This document shows, one piece after another, positions 23,294-34,445 of a stretch of DNA of 64,000 nucleotides. Every line of letters starts with the position of its first letter. Position 1 is the stretch's first letter. The stretch spans positions 190,519 through 254,518 of the forward strand of contig PDIP01000051.1 in the NCBI GenBank assembly GCA_002811645.1, in the 5' to 3' direction. A program made the translations under genes and the position numbers. The DNA comes from Corallochytrium limacisporum Hawaii. Lineage: Eukaryota; Protista; Pluriformea. Under the pieces are notes generated by a model, which was given only the letters and a program-made list of their open reading frames with translations, was not told where the DNA came from and did not search any database.

Positions 23294-24889
23294 CTAGTGG
23301 CCAGGCTGACGCTGACGAGGAGCGGCCCGCAGAATGTCATCGACACGCAGGACCATCTCAGCTGCCTCTGTGGCGGACATTACGACCTGTCGCTTAACAA
23401 TGTACGCCTCGGTGATGCCAAGTTCGCCCATGTTACCAATGCAACCCTCGTCCATATTCAGCCCCATATGAATAACACCTTGTGCGTGAACAGCACGCAG
23501 CTGGGACACAAGCTCTGAGCTGTCGTAGCCACCGTTGTCGGCGATAATGGTGGGTAGCTGACGGAGAGCCCGAGCGTATGCCTCCATCGCTAGAGACTCC
23601 TTGCCGGGAGTCACAGCTGCAGCCTTTGTCACGGCATGGGCCATCAGCATCTCGCTGGAACCGCCTCCGTACAGAATGCGAGTGTTATTGACTGTCTGGC
23701 TGAGCACACAGAGGGCATCGTGAAGCGACCGCTCGGCTTCGTCGAGTACCTGCTGGGTGGCACCACGCAGCACAATGGTGCAGGCTTCCTTCTTGTCACA
23801 TCCCTTGAAGTGGATTAGCGTGTTCTCACCAATCATGATCTCCTCGATCAGTTCACAGCCTCCCAGCTGCACTCCCTCGGTTTCGTCGAACGTAGAGACG
23901 ATCTCACCACCGGTAACCAGGGCAAGACGCTCGATGCCATCAAAGTCGGCATGCTCAATAGCCATAACATTTGCAGAAGCAAACAGCTGCTCAGGATAGT
24001 TGTAAATCAGCTGACGATTTACGAAACAATTAATGCCAAAGTTGAGAATCTTGTCAACCTTCTGCTTCATCTTCTCCTTCTCGGCTTCCTCAATCTCGGC
24101 TACCTGGGCGGTACCCTCCACGCGCACGCGGGAACCAAAGATCTTTATCTTGTCCGTGTCCATGGGGGTGTTGGCAATCAAAATCTTGGCGTTCTCGATA
24201 CGGTGAGGCTGATTGACACCAATCTTCTTGTTTAGAATGAAACCGTCGTCCAGATAGCTCTCGGCCAGTGACCCTCCCTTGATCTTAATGATCTGAATGG
24301 CGTCTAGGTTCGTGGAGCCCTTCAATCGCAGGACGGCATCCACTGCAATCTGAGAGAAGTGTTGCTTGAACCCGGAAAGAATTTTGGAGCTCAGAGTGGT
24401 ACCGGCAATTTGCATGAGGTCCTGACGGAACTTATCGGCGTCGGCACCATTGTCGCGGGACGCGGCTTCTAGGGCGTCCAGAGCGACTTTGCTGGCCTTG
24501 CGCCATCCAGCAATAATAGTCTGAGGATGGATCTTCTGAGAGACGAGCTTCTCAGCTTCCCGGAGCAGCTCAGCAGACAGAACGGTCACACTGGTAGTAC
24601 CGTCACCTACCTCGTCGTCTTGGACCTTGGAGATGTCAACGAGGACTTTAGCGGCCGGGTTGTCGAGGCCGATACTCTTGAGAATAGTGGCTCCGTCGTT
24701 GGTCACTGTAACTTCACCCTTGCCACTCATGGACTGCAGGATCTTATCCATACCTTTGGGACCCAGGGTCGACTTGACCAGGTCACCGACGGCGATAGCA
24801 CCGACAAAGGAACTGAGACGCGCATTCTCTGCCTTCTCTTCGTTAGCTTGGTCCGCCAGGACCTGGACGGGCTGCAGAACGTTGGCCAT
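23294..24889 (-). CDS. CCT2: T-complex protein 1 subunit beta (CCT/TRiC)
   Basis: [56 protein letters not shown]. Confidence 0.98.
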   Translation of the reverse strand: MANVLQPVQVLADQANEEKAENARLSSFVGAIAVGDLVKSTLGPKGMDKILQSMSGKGEVTVTNDGATILKSIGLDNPAAKVLVDISKVQDDEVGDGTTSVTVLSAELLREAEKLVSQKIHPQTIIAGWRKASKVALDALEAASRDNGADADKFRQDLMQIAGTTLSSKILSGFKQHFSQIAVDAVLRLKGSTNLDAIQIIKIKGGSLAESYLDDGFILNKKIGVNQPHRIENAKILIANTPMDTDKIKIFGSRVRVEGTAQVAEIEEAEKEKMKQKVDKILNFGINCFVNRQLIYNYPEQLFASANVMAIEHADFDGIERLALVTGGEIVSTFDETEGVQLGGCELIEEIMIGENTLIHFKGCDKKEACTIVLRGATQQVLDEAERSLHDALCVLSQTVNNTRILYGGGSSEMLMAHAVTKAAAVTPGKESLAMEAYARALRQLPTIIADNGGYDSSELVSQLRAVHAQGVIHMGLNMDEGCIGNMGELGITEAYIVKRQVVMSATEAAEMVLRVDDILRAAPRQRQPGH

Positions 24890-26891
24890 TATGTGCTGAA
24901 CAAAAAGTTACGCAGCGTTTACTTCTTTACCGCTGATCTCCCCGATTCGTATCAAATACACCGATACCGGATCACGCCAAGAATTAAACACCAAGTGTCC
25001 GACTTCAAAGTGTGCTTGCAGGCCACATTGATCTACCTTTGTTTCAAACACACACGCGAAAAGCTTCAATAGGAAAGCGAATAAACACTCTCGGACGGCA
25101 GCACAGCGAAACTACTCGAAGGAAACAAAGCCACTACACGCACCAAACTTCCGCGCCGCTTCACCGAGCCTACATTCTTTACGCTCCGATGCGTTTGCTT
25201 ACGCCCTGCCCAGTGGCTGCTGCCGTGTGTTGTGCGTTGTTCTTAGTCGCGCCCCTTCCTTCTGGGCGGCTTCCCCCGTGTCTCCACCTGGAACTCTGCT
25301 GTGGCCTGGCTTTTTTGGCCTTGCTGGCCTCCCCCCGACCAGTGTTTTGGCTCCGTGTGCGTCCAGACGCAGAAAGCGCAGCTCTTCCTTGCGCTCTCTC
25401 GGTCTCTCTCTCTTTCTTTTTTTTTTGCGCGCTCTTTGCTCTCCCTTGAGACTCGGTGGCTTTGCCATTGCCCCGGGGGGGGGGGGGCGTTCGCTCCCCA
25501 ATCGCACCGCAGGTGGTCTCCCCTTTGCAAAACTGGGCACAAACGAAGGGAGGGGGGGCGGGCCAAAAAAAAAAACAGCGTTTCGGGCAACACCCCCAGC
25601 TCATCCGCCACGCTCAGTGGCTATTGACGGAGGCCGCCTCCCCCAGTCCCGGCCATCCCAAAGTTTTGGTTTTCCTTCTTGCGTAGCGACGGCCCCGCCG
25701 GTTGCTCTCAGAGAGCGGTGTGCCTGTGATATTTTTATTCTTTTTGTTGGGTTCTCAGTGGGGTGGCGGTGCGTCACATGGAGAGCAACCGACAATCCCA
25801 CCACCCACCCAGTCCCCAGCCCCTCCGCTCCCCCGGGAAGGGGGGAGGTCCTTAGAGCGCGGTCGGCAAATTGAAAAATTTCTCTTGGTTTGTTCGGGAA
25901 GGAGCGCCGTGGGCGCAGGAGAGTACTGCTTGCTTTTCCCCCCACCCCCCACCCCCCTTTTTTTCCCTGGGAGAGGGGGGCCCCTTTTTGCTCCAAACCC
26001 ATTCGCCGGCGCCGCCTCGCCGATGGGGGCTTAAATCCTCTGTGTCACCCTCCCGTCCTTCCTGCCCCTGATTCAAATCACTGAACGAACTTTTCTATTT
26101 TTAATGTATTACGTTTTGGCGATGGAATGTTGTATTTGTAATCAATCTACTTTATATGCTTTCTGTAGAAATGATCGGCATGAATCAACCCCAACGATGA
26201 GAAACCTAGTCTTAAGTCTTAAGCTCCCCTGGTTGGCAAATAGGTTTCTCCGGCGCTGTGCGATTTCGGACTGCCAGCGGGCAAAAGCCCCATTGAACGA
26301 CTATACAAATGCGCCAGCTCAGTGGCTCGCCCGCTGCTTGTGGCTTGCGCTCGGGCTCGTTCGGTGAATTTGTAAGTGTCTGGATGCTCCCTTCCGGAGC
26401 GATGCCCTGGATTTCAGTACTGAAACAACTGGTTTCTGCGAGCGCCAAACAAATTTCTAGTGTTATGGCTCGGGCTAAGACTTCCCCTTCGCGGTCGCCA
26501 GCTCCACGGTGTGAAGTCGGATCGTAATGCTTACAATGTTCATTGGACACCTCCTGTATTTGGAGTTTCCGTCAGGCATGAACATACACATAAACTGTCA
26601 GATCAGGGGGTTGTCATGGAGGAGCTATAAAGTAAGTGATGTCCGAATAATTGACAGTAGACGGATCATTGTCGCATACCGCCGTATTTTGTTAGAATAG
26701 GCTCATTGACATCGACCTGAACAAATCAGTAAGGAGAAATGGTTTAACATAGATATCGAATTGAGTGCATTGACGGTGACAGGAACCATATCTACAGGAC
26801 GGAGTACGTAGGCTACGTCTGGGAATGTGGGGTGAACCACGGGATCGTGTCCTTGTTTTGTTTCTTGCTATATAAGTCTAGCATATTGATC

Positions 26892-28085
26892 ATGCCGGAA
26901 GAACAAGGCAAGTCCACAGCGACACAACAGGAGACGCCACCCCTTAGGGAGACTTCAGGACAAGGCAAGGCACAGAAGAAGAAACAGCGTAATTTCAAGA
27001 ACTTACAAATATCTGTGACAGCGCCAGGAACAGAAGATGCCGAACGTGACTCGCTATCAGCGGACCACATTAAGCAAAGCAGCGGAGCAGGAATAAGTCC
27101 GAACCTGTCATCAAGTCCCTTGCTAGAAGCACTGGGTGACGCAGCGTCTGAAATGCAAAAGCAGAGTCTTGAAATGTTCAAGGATAGAAAATCGCAGGTC
27201 GAAGCTGACAACATCACTGGTGACCAATTAGAGGTCATGGAGGAATTGGGAGCAGGCAATGGTGGTGTGGTCAAGAAAGTAAAGCATAAAGCAACAGGTA
27301 TTGTTATGGCACGGAAAATGATTCTCGTGGGAAGTAAACCGGAGGTAGTTAAAAATGTTGCAAGAGAATTGAAGATTCTTCACCGATGCAACAGTCCGTA
27401 CATTGTTGGATTCTTTGGTTCCTTTGTCGATGGCCAAGAGATCAGCGTATGCATGGAGTACATGGATGGGGGATCTTTAGAAAGTGTAATCAAGGCCGTT
27501 GGAAAGATTCCGGAACCAATTATGGGCCAAATCATTTACAGTGTGGCACAGGGCTTGATATATCTGAAGACTACCTTGGATATCATTCACCGGGATGTCA
27601 AGCCGTCCAATATTCTCGTCAATAGCAAAGGCGAGATCAAGTTGTGTGACTTTGGTGTCAGCGGAGAGCTTATTAACAGCATGGCTGCTTCATTCGTGGG
27701 TACTCGGTCATACATGGCCCCGGAACGGCTCCAGGGTGCCGAATATAATATCAAGAGCGATATATGGAGTCTAGGTGTGACCATTGTGGAGTGTGCCATT
27801 GGGGAGTACCCAATTCCTTCGGAGAAGAAGAAGCGCCAGCGCAATCGTCCTATGGCTATCTTTGAACTCCTGGAGTACATTGTCAACGAGGATCCGCCAG
27901 CCCTGCCCACGGACATGGAATTCAGCGACAGTTTCCGCGATGTGACCGTGGTCTGCCTCAAGAAGGATCCTCGTGAACGTTGCTCTCCCCCTGAGCTGCT
28001 CGATATGGAGTTTGTCCAGGCGTGCCAAGCCGAGGCCGTTGACATCAGCCAATGGCTAGTAATGAATGTGATCAAACCCATATAA
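26892..28085 (+). CDS. MEK1: MAP kinase kinase, MEK1/2-Ste7 family
   Basis: ELGAGNGGVV, HRDVKPSNIL, DFGVSGELINSMAASFVGTRSYMAPERL, PMAIFELLEYIVNE; ATG at 26892. Confidence 0.95.
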   Translation: MPEEQGKSTATQQETPPLRETSGQGKAQKKKQRNFKNLQISVTAPGTEDAERDSLSADHIKQSSGAGISPNLSSSPLLEALGDAASEMQKQSLEMFKDRKSQVEADNITGDQLEVMEELGAGNGGVVKKVKHKATGIVMARKMILVGSKPEVVKNVARELKILHRCNSPYIVGFFGSFVDGQEISVCMEYMDGGSLESVIKAVGKIPEPIMGQIIYSVAQGLIYLKTTLDIIHRDVKPSNILVNSKGEIKLCDFGVSGELINSMAASFVGTRSYMAPERLQGAEYNIKSDIWSLGVTIVECAIGEYPIPSEKKKRQRNRPMAIFELLEYIVNEDPPALPTDMEFSDSFRDVTVVCLKKDPRERCSPPELLDMEFVQACQAEAVDISQWLVMNVIKPI

Positions 28086-28718
28086 TAATATGACACAAGG
28101 TCACCGAATTAAAGCGCAATCAAAATGACTTCGTCGTCGCTAACGGGAAAGTGATCTGCCGATCAAATTCTGCTCCCTCCAGTAAACTAACCGTTAGCTG
28201 GTTTTAGCCCCACCCAAGATATATCGGGGGCCTAATTTTCTGTCCCTTCCGGAATCGTCGGAAGGGCCTGGGGGCTAGTGGTGGAGGGGACGAAACGTAG
28301 CCGGCCAGGACGGGGGGACCAGTGGTTTTTTGGGGGCCAATTGAGACCCGTCATTGTGACGCGTCGATGTATACCGACGGTCCAACTGTACTATGACTCT
28401 TCTCTTTTCTAGACCGATTTGACGTGTAATATCATGCGAAGTATTATGATTCGCACAATTGAAATGGTACTTAATCCTGTTTAGCCGCGACGTTGAACTA
28501 TTGGGGAACAGCTATGACGTGGGAGAGCAAGAGTAGCGCATTAATAGTGTACTACCAAATTTATTGGTCTGGGTCTCAAATACACAAACGATCAATCCGC
28601 ATTGTGGTTTACAGAGTGTTCAAAACTGCGCACAAGGGCTTGTAAATTTAGGGAAAGAAGAGTGTACCTCAAGTAACTGTGGACATTTTTAAATATCGAA
28701 GTGCAACTCCAAACAACT

Positions 28719-29645
28719 ATGAGAATTCCGGCGAGCAGTCCGCTGCTGAACCCAAACAATCAAGGCGAGACGACAGTGGATACAGACCAACCTTCAGTAG
28801 CAACCATGGACCCTTCAGAAACCGAAGGAATCCGCGCAGGCAAGGCACCGGCACCACCCACGGCAGGGGAAAGCAGCGAATCGGAACCTTTACTAGGGTC
28901 CTCAACAACAGACAACAACTCGGGAGCAGAGGTCAAGGATGAAAGCAGCACCACTGTCAATGCGGATCAGGACAGCAAGGCAGACGTAAAGACGGAAACA
29001 GCCGAAGACACCAGCAATGCAACACCAGGTGGTGGAACCAGCAATGATCGCAGCGCGCAATGGGAGTGCCAAATTTGCCTGGACGACGCCAATGAGCCTG
29101 TAGTTAGCCACTGTGGACACCTTTTCTGTTGGGCATGCCTGGCTGAATGGTTAAGAATCCAAGGTGCGTACGTTGACAACGAAACAGCAGCAAGAAACCC
29201 AGCCGCTACACAAATTACAGCTGGATGCCCAGTCTGCAACGCCGCGATCAGCCGCAATAAGGTCACTCCGATCTATGGCCGCGGCCAAACCAGCCAGCGC
29301 GACCCCCGGGACACCCCGCTTCCGCCGCGGCCGCAGGCACAGCGGGAAGAGAGACCATCAGGAGTTCCACGAGGCAGAGCAAATCTACCCGGAGGTGCGA
29401 CATTCACTGGCACCGGTGCTGGTCAGGCGCGGCAGGCACATTTCAGCATAGGTGCGGGATTCTTTCCGTTCCCGACTCTCTTCGCCATGCAATTTTCTGG
29501 GCCGTCTGCACAGCCGACTGGCAACGGAGACGATCCTACGACTACTCATCCCCGGACAGCACAGGAGGCACAGTTCCAAGCCATCGCACAGGCATTCCAG
29601 TTTGCGGGTCTGGTTATGATCCTTGCATTCATCTTCGGTGTTTGA
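28719..29645 (+). CDS. RNF5: RNF5/RNF185-like C3HC4 RING E3 ligase with C-terminal membrane anchor
   Basis: CQICLD..PVVSHCGHLFCWACL..CPVC, VTPIYGRG, DPR..PPRPQ, GFFPF, C-terminal TM; alternative start at 28806. Confidence 0.88.
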   Translation: MRIPASSPLLNPNNQGETTVDTDQPSVATMDPSETEGIRAGKAPAPPTAGESSESEPLLGSSTTDNNSGAEVKDESSTTVNADQDSKADVKTETAEDTSNATPGGGTSNDRSAQWECQICLDDANEPVVSHCGHLFCWACLAEWLRIQGAYVDNETAARNPAATQITAGCPVCNAAISRNKVTPIYGRGQTSQRDPRDTPLPPRPQAQREERPSGVPRGRANLPGGATFTGTGAGQARQAHFSIGAGFFPFPTLFAMQFSGPSAQPTGNGDDPTTTHPRTAQEAQFQAIAQAFQFAGLVMILAFIFGV

Positions 29646-30155
29646 GTCCGCAAGTGTTGATCCCTTCGAGGACACGCAGAACAGCATGACACAAGAGCTT
29701 TTCGACATCGCTTTCCATCATTCACTTTTCATCATCACATAAAGATACATAATAGCAGTTTCCCATTCTTCATTCTATGCTTTGGTCTCGTCTGCACGGA
29801 GTGCACCTCGTCATCGTTCCATCCTTTCCCTCCCCCCGGGTCTTCCGACCCTGGGATTCCCGCCGAAACGAAAAATGAAACTGCGGAGTTTCGAGCTGGC
29901 GTACTCATTCTGGTCCTTGTAGGAGAACACCATGTATCCTTTATACATTGATCACATTCATGACAGTGCAAAATGTGTACAGAGGAGCGTCAGCTGGTCT
30001 GGTAAAGCCATGGGAGAACAAAGAAAAGCCAAAAAAGGACCAACAATGGCAATTACTCATGGACCCACCAAAGTGTTGATCCAGATTTAAGCGCTGGGAC
30101 AAACGGCGAATATGTGATGTATTGTAGAGATGAATAATTGCATATCGACCTCATT

Positions 30156-31772
30156 ATGAATAAAAGCGACGTGTGTGGTCCGTTCAACGAAGATCCGTCT
30201 CCGCGGATAGCGGTAGTGGTGGATACCAATGTGCTTCTGAACGCTTTATCTTACGTGCAACTGCTGGAATCGCGTGGGAACACAATAGGAATACCAATTG
30301 CTGTCCTCCGGGAGCTGGATGGACTGAAGAACTCCTCACTGACGGCAGTCGCAACGTCTTCACGGTCTGCATCGCGTTGGCTCGAGGATACGCACAGGCA
30401 GCGCCCGGATGCACTACTTTGGGAAGGTGGCGAGATGGATACCCTGCCAACTGATGCCAAAGGAGGATCGAATGACGAGCTGATTTTGCGCTTCGCTGAG
30501 CGTCTCCACCGACAGTATGCGAGATGTGACAAAAACACAGGTAATGAAAGAGATCCATCTGTGAAGGTAAGAAGAGGCATAGCATTATACACGGAGGACC
30601 GCAATTTGCGACTGCGGGCGGTCGCAGCTGGTGTTCCTACGTTCGACAGTGGTACGGTCCTAAGCGGTGTACACCAGTACCTCGACCAGATCAAGAGTGG
30701 AGGAGGTACTACCAGCTTTGACACGGATATGATTGTCGTGACGTCTCCATTGAAAGAGGGTGGAGCAACGGGCAGTGATGTCAGTCTAACCGAGGTATTC
30801 TCAATCCTTTTGACGCAATTGGAACATACTCTCTCGGACTACGTCGTAGAGAGCATGAAGACAGAGTTTGGAGATCAGTGGAAAGCTGTTAGTGCGGTAA
30901 AGACCGATCCGTTCTCGTGGTTTGGTATTTTGGATATGCTCCAGGCACACTGGCAGACGGTATTTGATGATATTCTACCGCGGTCGACCAAGCACGTCGT
31001 GAACACTCTGAAACGGCAAGATGTCAGAATGATCTTCAGTCGTCTACATCCGACAGAATCCGACATGCTTACCATGGTGGGTTATCTAGGGGACCTGCTG
31101 AAACCAATGAAGGGTAGGAGTGAGGCCATGGCTGGTCGTTTAAACGACGCGCGACACGCGGTAGGGGAGATGGCGCTTGCATTACGCGGGAAACAGTACG
31201 ACCTTCAAAAGATCACTGGCGTGGATAGCCATCAAACTACTGATCAAGGTTCCAAGGCACTGGCCTCGTCCTCAGATGCCTCAGGCACACGGAACAGCAC
31301 AGTTCTAGCCGAATGCCTGCGGTACTTTCATCAGGACCTCTCTTTGCGGCAAAGTGTTGTGCAGAACCCGGACGAGAGTCCAGCAGTCATGATGGAAGTG
31401 CTGCGCGGCTTTGTAGCCGTGGCGAACAATGCAGAAGGCTTGGATGCACCCACCAGACTGGCAGTGGCCCACGATGCCCTGACCGTGATCACCACCCTCC
31501 ACAGTGCACTATCCCGAGGCGACCTTCACCAGTTTGCCAGTCTCATAGCCGAGTTTTTCACATATACTCAACTGGTTATCCTCGACAGCAGTACCACACA
31601 ACAATTGCAATCGTCGCAGAACGTACCAATCCTCCCAGCGAGCCAATTCCGGTCGACTATCGAAGCCCAGGTTATTGTGGCGCGCGATGCCGGCGCACTG
31701 GCCGCGGTCGAGTCTGAGCTGTCAGCCCTGGCAAGCCAAGTGCAATCCATTTTGGCAAATGGAGGTTTGTAG
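30156..31772 (+). CDS. SWT1: SWT1-like PIN-domain RNA endonuclease
   Basis: VVDTNVLL, IPIAVLRELDGLK, NDELIL, TEDRNLRLRA (PIN); EFGDQW..HWQTVF resembles the Swt1 C-terminal domain; ATG at 30156. Confidence 0.78.
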   Translation: MNKSDVCGPFNEDPSPRIAVVVDTNVLLNALSYVQLLESRGNTIGIPIAVLRELDGLKNSSLTAVATSSRSASRWLEDTHRQRPDALLWEGGEMDTLPTDAKGGSNDELILRFAERLHRQYARCDKNTGNERDPSVKVRRGIALYTEDRNLRLRAVAAGVPTFDSGTVLSGVHQYLDQIKSGGGTTSFDTDMIVVTSPLKEGGATGSDVSLTEVFSILLTQLEHTLSDYVVESMKTEFGDQWKAVSAVKTDPFSWFGILDMLQAHWQTVFDDILPRSTKHVVNTLKRQDVRMIFSRLHPTESDMLTMVGYLGDLLKPMKGRSEAMAGRLNDARHAVGEMALALRGKQYDLQKITGVDSHQTTDQGSKALASSSDASGTRNSTVLAECLRYFHQDLSLRQSVVQNPDESPAVMMEVLRGFVAVANNAEGLDAPTRLAVAHDALTVITTLHSALSRGDLHQFASLIAEFFTYTQLVILDSSTTQQLQSSQNVPILPASQFRSTIEAQVIVARDAGALAAVESELSALASQVQSILANGGL

Positions 31773-32006
31773 ATGAATAAAAGATTCACTTTGCTCCTAA
31801 TAATCGAAAAGGTCCGTATATGTTTCCCCGCTCCATATGGTCAAAGGGGAGAGGGAGTCGGATTTTGGCCTCGGGGCCTAACTTTGGGAGTGAGGGAAAA
31901 GGAGGAGACACATGCCCGCAGAAATGCGACCGCGAAGGTCTGCTCAAAATTGCATGTTGCTTGGGGTCTCCCCTGCCGAAGATGTCGGTCTCGTGTGTAA
32001 GGGTTC

Positions 32007-32029
32007 GTGTGTGTGTGTGTGTGTGTGTG
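32007..32029. repeat. (GT)n microsatellite
   Basis: gtgtgtgt... Confidence 0.85.
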
Positions 32030-32336
32030 GTGCAAGGTCTCCAGAATTAATCCGATGTTTCTTATGAACTTTCCTTCGTCCATAACTTTGTTTCGTCGTT
32101 CAATCACCCTTGGCTTTCTTTGCTATGTTTGCGCCTTCTCGGCTTGTAAACTTGATCCCTATTGGTACTTGACGGTTGAATCCGTGGTTGTGGTGATCCA
32201 AGGGGACTGGAGAGTCAGGTTTGTTTTTCTTGTGATCCATATGACAACATAGAGAATGAGGTAACATGGAAGTGCAAGCTATTGCAGAAGCAGTTAGAAC
32301 AACGTCTTAGGTATTGGTCGATAGAATTTTGCACCC

Positions 32337-33812
32337 ATGCTCGGACAATTGGCACGTTTGTCGTTGGGTGCCCTACGGACAACTGTCGGCACATTTGCCG
32401 CCACCACACCTCAGAATGGGCGTGTCTGTATTGGGGGTAGTATCAACTACTTTAACCGGAAAACTTGGATTCGGGAGATTCACACTACGTCAAAGCTGCT
32501 AGATGAAAGTGAAGATGAAAAGAAGGACAGTGTACCGTCTCCAAGCGAATCATCAGGTGGTTATTCGACGGATGACAACGCATACATGACCACCGGTGAG
32601 GGTGAAGAAGAGGCCACAGAAGACGTAGACTTTATGGAGGGCGAAGTACCAGTCACATCAAAAGATATCACCGGAGATCATCGAGACGCTCTCGAGCAGC
32701 AGCTTGACCGCGTCGCTTTGAACGAGGACGATCCCGAGATCGCCGATCCTCATGGCTGGGTGTTCGAGACCCCGGAGTGGAAGGAAGCCAACGTGGCTGC
32801 CAAATTGTTTGCATTGAAGTGGATCTACGGCATTCCTAACCCCCGTGAGAAAGATATTGCGCTGATCAATGAAAAACTGCTGCAGAACACTCTGGACTAC
32901 TTGATTCCGTCACAGCTACACAAGATGCCGAAGTTCTACTACGAGGCCAAGCTGGCCGAGGTAGACCCCTACCTCAACCTCGTTGCCGTAGAAGAACGTC
33001 CCGCAGAATCTTCCTTCTATACCGGAAAAAGTCACTTTTTCGAGACCCTGCTCAACATTGAAGGCCGTATCGCGAAAATGGATAAGGCATATGAAGAGCT
33101 CCCAGAGGAAGAGAAACAGGAGGCGCTCAAAAAGGTCGATCACGGTTACTACCGCCTCCTACCGGAGCACCAAAAACGTCCGCTGAAGTGGAAGCGTCGC
33201 GACGAAATGGGTCTTGCCGTCGGTGGTGATCTCAAGATCCCGGAGTACAACCATCTGATTGACCGTCTCGACACTATGTATCAGCACCTATGCTTCCAGC
33301 AAAAGGACCACGAGGTCTTCATGCGTCCGTTTTTACGTGTGGGCAGCTCTGGTGATGCCGCTGACTTCGGTGAAGAAAAGCCCAAGGGTCAGTACCCTCG
33401 GGAACCAAAGCTTAATGAGGACGGTGTCTCAGCCACTGGCCGTGGTCGCCGTAAGGACGCAGTAGCGATGTGCACAATCCGCCCTGGGAGCGGCCTGATC
33501 TTTGTGAACAAGAAGCCCCTGCCGGAGTATTTCAGCCGTTCTTTGCACCGTAAGAATGTGGTAGAGGCGTTCGACATAACTGGTACCCTTAAGGACTTTG
33601 ATCTAGAGGTTGAGGTTACTGGCGGTGGTCCCACAGGTCAGGCCCAAGCCATTCGTCACGGTATTGCCCGTGCCATGCAGAAGTATGATCCGATTGTCTA
33701 CCGTCCCTTGGTCCGTAAGAGTAACTTAATTACGGTTGACAATCGTCAGGTTGAAGCCAAGAAGCCCGGTCGCAAGAAGGCCCGCAAGAAATTCACATGG
33801 GTCAAACGTTAA
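32337..33812 (+). CDS. MRPS9: Mitochondrial ribosomal protein uS9m
   Basis: Presequence-like N-terminus; GRRKDAVA, GGGPTGQAQAIRHGIARA, VEAKKPGRKKARKKFTWVKR. Confidence 0.95.
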   Translation: MLGQLARLSLGALRTTVGTFAATTPQNGRVCIGGSINYFNRKTWIREIHTTSKLLDESEDEKKDSVPSPSESSGGYSTDDNAYMTTGEGEEEATEDVDFMEGEVPVTSKDITGDHRDALEQQLDRVALNEDDPEIADPHGWVFETPEWKEANVAAKLFALKWIYGIPNPREKDIALINEKLLQNTLDYLIPSQLHKMPKFYYEAKLAEVDPYLNLVAVEERPAESSFYTGKSHFFETLLNIEGRIAKMDKAYEELPEEEKQEALKKVDHGYYRLLPEHQKRPLKWKRRDEMGLAVGGDLKIPEYNHLIDRLDTMYQHLCFQQKDHEVFMRPFLRVGSSGDAADFGEEKPKGQYPREPKLNEDGVSATGRGRRKDAVAMCTIRPGSGLIFVNKKPLPEYFSRSLHRKNVVEAFDITGTLKDFDLEVEVTGGGPTGQAQAIRHGIARAMQKYDPIVYRPLVRKSNLITVDNRQVEAKKPGRKKARKKFTWVKR

Positions 33813-34445
33813 AACAGAGCGATGCTATCGTCTTGTTCTCTCTGTGGAAACCTGTCGTTCATTCATCTTTTTCATCATGAAAGCCATCCATAACATTTTA
33901 GAGCATTGGCAATAAACATATTGCGCTAGATAGTATATTTCGATCATGCCCAACTCAATCTTTCATTCGTACGTTTGTCCCCGCCCGCTCTACGCCGGTG
34001 AAGCAGATGCCCTACCACCCGCGCCCCTGGGCCCAAGTCGGCGGATTCGAATTTCTCTTGACTTTCCACTCGTGCTCGAGGCTTGGGGCCCGTGGAGGTG
34101 GGGTTACGGGCGGGTGGGTCTCACGGCGCGTGGTCCGGAAAAGGGTGGGCCCAGGGGGGGGTGGGTCGATCCGTTTCCTGAACGAGGGCGGTCCTGAATG
34201 CAGTAGAGCACGGTCCGTCAGCTGTGTATCATTGTCGTCTTGCGGTGCAGAGATAATGGATCGAATGTAATGGTACTTGTGATTTTACTTCATGAGAAGA
34301 ATAATTTCGGAGCCATGGCCACAACCTGTGACCGTATACAATACGAAATTTTCCAGTGCGGCTCTCGGCGGTGCGATCTCGGCAATGGTGAAATAGAAAT
34401 ACCAGACCAGATCTTGTAGTTTAGGAAATTTTTAGGTCTAACAGC

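Noticed and set aside
26281-26490. RNase MRP-like CAATGGGGCTT on the minus strand
   Set aside because: No convincing GAAAGTCCCC partner, and the motif is sequestered in a local hairpin
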